A stretch of 64,000 nucleotides of DNA, from positions 7,946,721-8,010,720 of the forward strand of contig MU058423.1 of the NCBI GenBank assembly GCA_013265495.1. Direction: 5' to 3'. Shown piece by piece: positions 53,325 through 64,000 of the stretch. The notes below the pieces were generated by a model. It was not told the origin of the DNA. It saw only the letters and a program-made list of their open reading frames with translations, and did not search any database. Origin of the DNA: Vicugna vicugna. Taxonomy: Eukaryota. Position numbers and translations under genes: made by a program. Positions within the stretch are counted from its first letter, which is position 1. Every line of letters begins with the position of its first letter.

Positions 53325-56300
53325 TTTTATTTTTTAAATTATATATATATTCAAGCGTACAACTTGATGTTTTGATATACATATACATTGTGAAATGATT
53401 ACTACAGTCAAGTTAATGAACTTATCCATCACTTCACAGTTACCTTTTTGTGGTGAGAACACTTAGGATCAAATCTCTTAACAAGTTTCAAGTACACAAT
53501 ACAATATTATTAACTATAGTCACCATGCTGTACATCAGATCACTGTAATTTTCCCCCCTCAGCCGAAACTCTTTACCATTTAACCAAAATCTCCCCATTT
53601 CCCCCATCCCTCCCCTTGTTCCTGAAAACCACCATTGTATTCTCTGCTTCTATAAATTTGACTTTTTCAGATTTCATACAAAAGTGAGATCATGCAGTAT
53701 TTTTCCTTTTGTGTCTGGTTTGTTTCCCTTAGCAGGTCTTCCAGGTTCATCTGTGTTAGTGCAAATGGCAAGATCTCCTTCTTTCTCATGGCTGAATAAT
53801 ATTTTATTGTATATTTATTACACATCCTCTTTATTCATTCATTCACTGACAGACACTTAGATTATGTCTGTATCTTGGCTATTGTGAAAAATATTGCAAT
53901 GAACATGGGAATGCAGATATCTCTTCAAGATAATGAGTTCATTTCCTTTGGATATATACTCAGAAGTTGGATTGCTGAACCATATGGTACTTCTATTTCT
54001 AATTTGTTTAGGAAAACCCCTACTGTTTTCCATAATGGCTGTACCAATTTACATTCCCACCAACAGTGTAAAAGGGTTCCCTTTTCTCCACATTCTTGCC
54101 AGCAGTTATCTTTTCTCTTTTAGATAATAGCCATTCAAACAGGTGTATGGTGATTTCTCATCATGGTTTTGATTTGCATTTCCCTGATGATTAGAGATGT
54201 TGAGCATCTTTTCATCTAGCTGTTGGCCATTTGTATGTCTTCTTTGGAGAAATGTCTACTCAGATTCTCTGCCTGTTTTTCAATTGACTTGCTTGATTTT
54301 TTTTTTTTTAGTTATATGAGTTTTTAAATATTTTGGATATTAACCCTCTACAGATATATGACTTGCAAATATCTTCTCCATTTAGTAGGTTTCCTTTTCA
54401 TTTTGACGATGGTTTCCTTTGCTGTGCAAAAGTCGTACAATTTGATATAGTCTTATTTGTTTATTCATTTATTTTTGCTTTCGTTTCTTTTGCCTTTGAG
54501 TAAAAGCCACAAAAACATCACTAAGACCAATGTCAATGTGATTATTGCCTATGTTTTCTTCTAGGAATTTTATGGTTTCAGTTCTTACATTCAAGTCTTT
54601 AATACATTTTGTGCTAATTTTTGTGTAGGGTGTAAGAAAATGGTCTAGTTTCATCCTTTTGCATGTGGCTGTCCAGTTTTCCCAACACTATTTATTGAAG
54701 CGAGTGTCCTTTCACCATTGTATGTCCTTTCCTGTTTTTTTGTAGATTAATCATCCATGTATGTGGGGGTTTGTTTCTGGTCTTTCAGTACTGCTCCAAT
54801 GATATGTGTGTCTGTTTTTGTGCCAGTAGCATAGTGTTTTGATTATCATGGTTTTGTTGTATAGTTTGAAATTAAAGAGTATGATACTTCCAGTTTTATT
54901 CTTCTTTCTTAAAATTGGGCTATGTAAAGTCTTAGTTGTGGTTTCATATAAATTTTAGAATCATTTGTTCTAGTTCTGTGAAATATGCCATTGACATTTT
55001 GGTAGGGATTGTATAGAATCTGTAGATTGCTTTGGGTAGTATGGACATTTTAATAATATTACCTTCTCCAATCCATGAGCATAAAATATCTTTCCATTGT
55101 TTCGTATCTTCTTTAACTTCTTTCATCAATGTCTTATAGTTTTCACCATAAAGGTCTTTTAGCTTCTTGGTTAAATGTACTCCTAGCTATTTTTTTTTTT
55201 GATGCAATTGTAAATGGGATTGCTTTCTTAATCTTGCTTACAGCTAGTTTATTCTTAGTGTATAGAAACAACACAGATTACAGTATATTGAATTTTGTAT
55301 CCTGTGACTTTACTGAATTCATGTATTCTAACAGTTTTTTGGTAGAGTCTTTAGAGTTTTTTATATATAGTGTCATATCATCTGCAAATAGATAGTTTTC
55401 CTTCTTCCTTTTTTATTTAGATTCAATCCTCTTTATTTCTTTTTCTTGCCTAATTTTCTGGCTAAGATTTCCAATACAACATTGAATAAAAGTTGTAAGA
55501 GTGGGCATCCTTGTATTGTTCCTGATCGTAGAGAAAAAACTTTCAGCTTTTCACTGTTGAGTATGCTATTAGTTGTGGGTTTGTCATATATGGCCTTTAT
55601 TATGTTGAAATGTATTTATTCTATACTCTGCTGAGAGTTTTTATCATAAATGGATGTTGAATTGTGTCAAATGTTTTTCCTGTATTTATTGAGAGTATTG
55701 TAAGATTTTATTTTTCACTTTGTTACTGTGATGTTTTACATTGATTGATTTACAGATGTTGAACCATCCTTGCATACCTGGAACAAATCCCACTTGCTCA
55801 TGGTGTATAATCCTTTTAATGTATTATTGGATTCAGTTTGCTAATAGTTCATTGAGGAATTTTGCATCTATGTTCATCAAGGATATTGACCTATACTTTG
55901 TGCGTGTGTTTGTGGTGTTCTTATCCAGTTTTGGCATCAGGGTAATGCTGGCATTACAGAATGTAAAGGTGTCCCTCCTCTTCAATTTTTCTGAAACAAT
56001 TTGAGAAGGATAGTTATGAAATCTTTGGTAGAATTCACCAGTGAAACCATATGGTCCTGGACTTCTGTTTGTTGGGAGCTTTTTGATTACTGTTTCAATC
56101 TCCTTACTAGCAATAAGTTTATTCAGATTTTGCTTTTCTTCATGATTCAGCCTTGGAAGATTGTATGTTTCTGTATGAAACATATGAAATGTATCCATTT
56201 CTTTTAGGTTGTCAAATTTGTTGGTGTAAAATTGTTTGTAGTAGTCTCTTCTAATTCTTTATATTTCTATGGTATCAGTTGTAATTTCTCCTCTTTCATT

Positions 56301-57273
56301 TCTCATATTACTTTTTGAGCTCTTTTTTCCTGATTAATCTAGCTACTGACTTCTCAATTCTTAAAAATCGTTTCGAAGAACCCACTCTTAGTTTCACTGA
56401 TCTTTTTTATTTTTCTCTATTTCTTTTATTTTTGGCTCTGGTCTTTATTATTTTTTCCCTATATTAATTTGGGGCTTCATTTGTTCTTTGCCTAGTTTCT
56501 TTAGATGTGAAGTTAGATTGCCTGAGGTTTTTTTTTTTTTTCCTTGAAGTAGGTCTGTATTGCTATGAACTTCCCTCTTGATTTTGGTATGTCATATTTC
56601 TGATTTCATTTGTCTTTAGGTATTTTAAAAAATTTCCTTTGATTTCTTTGATGACCTATTGGTTATTCAGTAGCACATTGTTTAATCTCTACATTTTTGT
56701 GTTTTTTGCCATTTTTCCTTATAATTGATTTCTAGTTTCATACTATTGTGGGTGAAGAAGTTGCCTGATATGATTTCAATCTTCTTGAATTTATTGAGAC
56801 TTATTTTGTGACCTAGTATGTGATCTATCCTAGAGAATGTTCCCTGTGCACTTGAGAAGAATGCATATTCTGCTGCTTTTGGGTAAAATGTTCTGTATAT
56901 ATCTATTAAGTTTAACTGGTCTAATGTATCCTTTAAAGCCAATGTTTCCTTATTGATTTTCTGTATGGATGATCTAACTTTTGATGTAAATTGGCTCTAA
57001 AATAATCTTCTATTATTGTGCTGCTTTCAGTTTCTCCCTTTAAATCCATTAATATTTGCTCTAATTTCTTTGTGCTTCTATGTTGGGTGCATATACATTT
57101 ACAAATCTATATCTTCTTGCTAGATTGACTCCTTTATTATTAGGTAATGCCTTTTTGTCTTTCATTACAGTCTGTGTTTTAAAAGTCTAATTTTGTCTGA
57201 TATGAGTATAGCTACTCCAGGATTTTTTCATTTCCATTTTCATGAAATAACTTTTTCCTTTCTTCACCTTCAG

Positions 57274-57347
<74 letters not shown>

Positions 57348-57800
57348 GAGCTCTAAAATGAGTCTCTTTTGGCAGCATATATATGAGTCTTTCTTTTTAT
57401 TCACCCAGACACTCTTATGCCTTTGGTAAATTTAGTCCATTATATTTAAAGTAATTATTGATAGGTATGTACTTATTACCATTTTGTTAATTGTTTTCTA
57501 GATGTTTTTCTGGTTTCTGTCTTTTGTCTTCTTTTACTCTTCGTTTGTGTTTTAGTGGCTTTCCTTAGTGTTATGTTTAAATTCCTTTCTCATTTTATTT
57601 TGTGTATTTAGTATAAGTTTTTTTCTTTGTGGTTACTGTGAGGTACACGTATATCATCCTATGTAAATAGCAGTGTGCTTTAAGTTGGTAGCAACTTGGA
57701 ACATATTCCAAAGCTTTATCTTTTCACGCCCCCTCCAAACTCTATACTTTTGATGACACATTTTCCATCTTTTTATCTTCTATATCCTCTAACTAATTTT
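53325..57800 (-). mobile_element. L1, ~4.5 kb, disrupted ORF2 (EN-RT-C) and 3'UTR
   Basis: ORFs [80 protein letters not shown]. Confidence 0.95.
57273..57345. repeat. Compound (TC)n(TG)n microsatellite
   Basis: Direct reading. Confidence 0.95.
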
Positions 57801-60800
57801 TATAATTGCTCTCCAGATTTCCCCCAGGTTTATTCTTAGGGAATATTCCATGGATAGTTTACTTTATAATTGGTTTTGTGTGGAGTTAAAGGCTGTGATC
57901 TCATGTCCGCTATCTTGCACTCTGCTTATCTCTAATTTTTCCTAATGTAAGGAGCTTTTCCCATCTTAAAGATCCAATGAGTGATCCTCCCTCCCTAGAT
58001 CCTGTTAGAATAATCTTGGTGAATGATTCTGCCATGTGCCTCCTACTGTAGTCAGAGCTTTCAGAGTTATAGCAGAAGTGAGGAATAATCAAGGGAACTA
58101 AACAGATAAAAAATTACCAGTATCATAGGCATTTCTCCAAAAAGAGCAGTTCATAAATCCTCAGAAAGGAAGACAAGGCAAAATGTTTAAAATGATTAAG
58201 ATTTAGCCAGGCAAATAAGGGCAAAATAATAATATTCTAGACTGGAAAATTAGAATAAGCAAAGATATCTCAGCAAAATCAACCTGTTGTATAGCTGGGG
58301 TACTATTGGAGGTAGAGCTATGAGAGATAAGGCTGGAATGTTAGATAAAGGTCAGATCATGGACTTGTACACTATGCCCCAAATTTAACATGGCTAATGA
58401 ACCTTCAAGACCCGAAGTCTTATGTTGTTGCTTTCAATTTTCCCCAGGGTTTGGTGACCTAATGTACACTATATCCCTCACAGGCAAAAGTTCTGTTCTA
58501 CCATAACTCACACCTGTCCTTCCTTTTTTTATTTACCACCCTTGCACTTCCCCCATCATTCCATTTATTTCTTTCTGTTGCCTCAGCCTCATCAACTCTG
58601 ACGGTGTCATATATTTGTATGGTAACAAGCTCAGGGTTCACAACAATGGTGGAAACTCAGAGATGTTTCCTCCTGGCAAAGTTTAGCTGCTTCAATCAGT
58701 TTTCTTTCTACCGTCCTCTCATAACTGAGGGCACAAAATCGACTCAGTAGTTTGCCGGTCTGCCCTAAATCCTCTCACTTGAAATCTATTTATCATTTTA
58801 TCCAAAGAGTTGCCTAGGAAGAAAATCTTTTTTAAGGCAAGTATAAACGGGGGCCTATTATAAGGTAAATGAAACCAGTGGGGAAATTAATTTGTTTCAG
58901 CTGCCTTAGAAATCCACATTTGTGTTTTCTGTATCCTCTCAATCTCAGCGTCCTTCTACCTTATAATTAATATTCCAGAGTGCTGATCGCCTAGTGCATA
59001 CCCATCACAGGAAATCTGTGTCGTTCTTTCTTTTGATATTTTTTGTTCACATGCCAAACACTGCTGTGCAGCTTTCCCAGGGGAATTCTATTTCAACTCC
59101 AAAAACTTGTTAACATAAGGCTGAGCCTGTACTGTGACCTTATTATGACAGCTTGCTGAAAACTACAAAAGACAAAGGATAGGAAAAAGTTTAGAAACTG
59201 TGTCTGTTACATACACACATGGTCTCCACAATATGTTAACTTTGGAAATGGTAGTGGCTCTAGTCCTAGAAGAAAAACAAAAGCAGTGAACCATTTCAAA
59301 TTCTTTTCAGCCATTTCAATAGTCAGCAGCTCTCTAGAATCCAAAATAAATCTGACTATTAAAAACAGGGATGGCAATCATTCAGATAGGATTCAGTGGT
59401 AACCATTCAGAAGAATCCTTTAAAAATATTTAACCACCTGATTCAAATTATCCAACCTCGTATGTTAATTCTGAACACTAGCATAGAAACCTCTCTACCT
59501 AAGAAGGTGAAAAATCCTCTGTGTGATTCCATCTTGTGGTGTGGCTTGAAGCATTCAATAGTAGGCACAGAATATATACATAATGTAACATTAAGATAAG
59601 AAAGTAGAACCAGAAATAACATAAAAATATTTATTAAAATTATATAAATTATATAAATGTTATTTAAAGTGATGACAAATTAGAAGCAATCAAAATATCT
59701 AATGATGGGAAATGATTATGTAAGCTGTGGCATATTCTTCCCATGGAATGTTATATAGTTGCTAAAAATGACATTAATAAACATTTATAATACCACAAGG
59801 ACACATTTATAATATAATAAAAAGTAGGACCAATGTGTGCATATAAACAGGGTCACAATTATATAAATAAAAGGCATGTAAGAAACTATTTTAGACGGAA
59901 TATCTGTATTTTATTTTTTTTAATTTTCAGTATTTCCAGGTATTCTTTCATGAGTATGCATTTTTATACTATAAAATCATAAAATATTTGTGAACCATAC
60001 TCAAAGAGTAGTTTGTCAATATCTGTTAATGGTGAGGATGCCCATGTCTTATAGTTGAATAATTTCATTCCCAAGTATGTGGAGCCAAAAGAAAATTTTC
60101 CCACTTGTACACAAGGATACAAGTACAAACATGTTCATTGTAGCACCAACTAGCAGCAAGAGATTAGGAGAGAGAGAGAGAGAGAGAGAGACTTCATCTG
60201 CTGCTTTCATGTTTCCTTAAAGAAAGAAAGATTTAAAACACATAAGGTAAAAATGGTAAGATTTGGTAAGGCCAGATGCTGAGAATTTGGGTCATTATGT
60301 GACTATACTTTGTAAACTGCTTGAAATACTTCATAATGCCAGAGAAAATAAACTATATTTTAGTACATGTGGAGTGGAAAAGAAAGTTAATTCTATAAGG
60401 AAAAAGTAGCCATTTTTAAATTATCTATACATGATAACATTATTTTTATAAGTCAAAAATTTTGAATACAAGAAGTTAAAAGTAGGTCTGCTTTGAAGAT
60501 GTATTTAATGGTCAGAAATGGGAGGAAACAGAAACACATTTGCACACTAAATAGTAAATCACAATTACTAAATGAAAAAAGTGAGAACCTACGAAAGCAG
60601 GAGTCTGAGCAGTTTTTAAAATCTGAGTTATGTTTAATGACCCAGAAAGCTGTACAGGGTGTGCATTTATGAGTGTGGACTTAGTACTGTACTCATACGG
60701 TCGGGGTTTGAATCCCAGGTTTACCACTTAGTAGCTATTCATTTGAGGCAAGTTACATATGTTGAGTAGATGATCATGTTTTGTTTCCTCATTCATTAAT

Positions 60801-61233
60801 TGCAGAAAATATGAATAATTACTTCATAAAATAAATGTGGGGGGAATGAGTTAATACACATAAAATGCTTAGAACATCTCCTGTATCATTTAGATCTTAG
60901 CTCAAAGGTCACCACCTCAGAAAGGACTTCACTGAAAGCTCAGTCTAAACACCCATTCACTCTCTCTATCTTATCACAGCTTTATCATCTTCATAGACTT
61001 AACATTTTCGTTTATTATTTTATGTACTGATTTGCTCACTTGGCATTTTCTATTTCCCACCAGTGTAATACAAGCTCCATTGCCCTCCTCTGTCTTCTTC
61101 ATCACAGTATTAGTAGGACCTAAAATCAGTGCTCAGCAAAAATATTTATTAAATGAAGAATGAAAGGCACATTCCTTGGAGTGAGGGAGTCTGGATAAAC
61201 CTGAATATCTATTCTTGGATATTCTTTCACGTA

Positions 61234-61846
61234 TTGTGGGCATTGTGTCCAGTCAGATTTGGTCAAAAATACAGAGCCAGTTGTAACAGATACCAAAGCA
61301 GTCAATGCCCATATAACAGCATCCCCTTCAAGAGAAACTTACATCCACCCACAACTCCTACCGAAACAGCAGAACTAAACAGCCATGTTGCGTTATATGA
61401 ACCTGCCTTCTGGCCGAAAGTGATTGAATTAGGGATGAGCAAAGGGAGCGCAAGACATTAGCGGTGCTTAACCGATCAAATCCTCTCAAAAGAATCTGAA
61501 TGAAGAGCACAGAGAACATTGTCAACTGATGGTGGTTGCTGACACTAAGAGTTCATGATGTAGTGATGATGTCAGAGGCCATGTGGAGCCGGAACATTTT
61601 CAGTACACAGAAAGGAAAGAGGAATAGAACACTAAGCAGCTCAAAAATTCAAAAGATCACGTGGTTCCAGACCAATAATAAGAATGAATTCATTTCCTGG
61701 TTTTCTGATTCCCAACGCTATACACTATCCACTGTGGACTTCACCCTGGGATCCTTGAGATCCTCTGCACCTCATTAGAAAAACCCCTATTTTGCTAATG
61801 TGAAAGGGTGACTACTCTTTGCAGCCCAAAGAACCTTGATCGGAAC
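61234..61846. mobile_element. MLT1-like LTR
   Basis: tgtgggcattgtgtcc..aaccgatcaaatcctctc..gaggccatgtggag..ttgcagcccaaagaaccttgat. Confidence 0.6.
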
Positions 61847-64000
61847 CCTAATGAAATTCACATATTTTCATTCAAGAGGAAGTGATCCAAATTTACAGAA
61901 AAGAGGTGAGCCCTAGAGAAAATGCAATGAATAGTGATCAAGTATATAAATGAAACCCAATCAAAATGTCTTACATTAATATTCTCATGGAAGGAGAATT
62001 CGCTGTAAAGGACCAAAGGTGTAATATAAGGCATTTAAGTCCTTTGAAGTAGGTAGCATGCCCTTCTTCTCACATTTCTCAGTTCTGAGAACATAGTGGT
62101 GGCTAAATGCACACTTCTGATTGATTTCAAAGGTCCGAATCTGTTGTATATTTTTCTTTTTTAATTACATCCTTAATTTTTCTATAGAACGTAAGACTAC
62201 TTTGGTATTTTTCACAAAACAAGCTCTTAACCCAAATGTCACTAGCACAATACAGTAGTTGTTACCCAAGCTATTTTCATTCTGCGTTTTTTTTCCTCAC
62301 AACATAGTATAATACCACCTAGAACTGAGGTGAGTGTAGAGTCTAAGACATTATGAGAACTTGAAAAAAAAATCAATGGACTTCTCTGAATATGAAGAGT
62401 AAAATAAGCCTGAAAAATAGCTTCCTCAGACGCTGAGAAAATAGTTCCGAAAAGTCACAGTATATTTTTCAAGAAGAAGAAAACAGGGGGAAAAAAAAAA
62501 CAGCAGGTTTAGCATAAAGATGGAAACGGATTGCCAAAGGCTATTTATTTTAAAGATACAGAACATTATGAAATAGTCAACAAAATACGAATGTAAACTG
62601 TCTGAGTTTCACTCTGAAACACGCCAATAAAATCTTGGTTGACTGCACATTATTTTCTATCATCCAGATGTGAGAATGTGGAAAATATAGAATAAAATTT
62701 TTTTTCAACGTAGAAATCTTTCATGTTGATCTAGACTCTGACTTCCCGGAAGCATCAGAAATCTTTCTTGCCTCGTGTTTACCTCTGTGCTTACTAGTTC
62801 TACATTAGCCAGAGAACATAAATAATTACTCATTGTTAAGAACGCAACATTTGTGTCATTATGCAGTAGAAAATATAGGTTCTTAAAAAAAATTCCAAAA
62901 ATGTAAGCATGCTAATAAAATAACCTTCTGTTTCAAACACTTATTTTACTGTAACCTCTGATTTCCAGGAATATGGCTCATTTGAATGAGGATAAAATGA
63001 CATACCAACGTATTATGTTCGGGGTTTTTTTTGTTTGTTTTTACCAACCTCTCATGCCTATTTTGACCGTGTTGATTAATACAATGAACGGAAAGCCCGG
63101 GACGTGTATTGCTTTATCCAGGATTCAAAAGTGTATCCCTGGTCTCCCGGAGCACAGTGGATTAAAAAGGCAAAATGCTGCCTCATCAGCACTTAAACCC
63201 TCAACAAAATACATTTAAAATCCTCTAGAGAAGTGGTGTTAGGCAAATTCCAGGTATGATTAGCATTAAAGTTAGCAGCGTAGGAAGATTTTAAAGATCA
63301 GTCTTTTATCAAATCTTTTCCCATAAATAGAAGGGGCTTTACTTGGCTCACTGAAGACAACCAAGCTAAAGAGAAGTTTTCTTTAGGTAAAGACAACAGG
63401 AGCCACAGCTTGCTTCAGCATGTTTTAAAGACTTTCTTTTCCTTTCCATCAAATAACCCCTCAAGTGTCATATTCTTGTTAGTTTCCCAAGCAAAAGCAA
63501 GAAATTCTCTATTAAAAATTTTATAGCTGTGTAAACCAAGTCCCAAAGCACAATAAAAAATACAGCAAAAGGAACAATAAGTTTTCGTACTGTTACTCTA
63601 TAAAATAAGTTTATTTCAGGTTATTTACAGGCTTTCTTTAAAATAAAAAATGATTTGTGACCAGAATTGATCCAAATTATGCTTCCAGTCTTTCTCTGTT
63701 CAAGCTATAACACTACTTCATGGGTTGCCGTCAACAGAAAATTTATAGTTATTCTTCTAAAACCTAAAATTTAATTAGATTTTAAGGACTTTTTGCTTCT
63801 AACCAGAGCTACAGATTTTTTTCCTAATAAAAGTATGAATTTATTGCATTTTAAATTTCCTCAGAATATCCCTGATGGAAGTTGTCATGTGTGAAGACCT
63901 AACTCCTCAAAGTTAGCCTCCCAGGGACCAAGTGAAGGAAGCACACTTATTTCTGCCAGCTCCTTCTGTATACTGGCCTTTGTCAAAAACCAGTTGAACC

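Noticed and set aside
62000..64000. Repeat-poor right end, possible 3'UTR or exons of a neighbouring gene
   Set aside because: No recognisable protein in any frame and no unambiguous exon or polyA structure.

Overview
AT-rich mammalian genomic DNA, probably a camelid (inferred from two tRNA-derived SINEs of the camelid Vic-1 type and cetartiodactyl-type L1 3' ends). No intact protein-coding gene is recognisable, and most ORF-track entries are chance ORFs or L1 remnants. A CpG-island promoter at ~3.1-3.7 kb appears to drive a minus-strand gene that leaves the window to the left; only non-coding exons are seen. The main discovery is on the minus strand at ~6.0-29.6 kb. About nine degraded, splice-site-bounded exons carry, in colinear order, motifs of an IKK/TBK1-family kinase: kinase domain, ubiquitin-like domain and helical scaffold/dimerisation domain. 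It has many stops and frameshifts, retains introns and is far too diverged to be a recent copy of CHUK, IKBKB, TBK1 or IKBKE. I interpret it as the fossil (unitary pseudogene) of an additional IKK-family paralogue. All protein comparisons were made by eye against sequences recalled from memory and need computational confirmation. The rest of the window is L1, L2/MIR, MaLR/ERV LTRs, DNA-transposon fragments, microsatellites and a few orphan exon-like segments.
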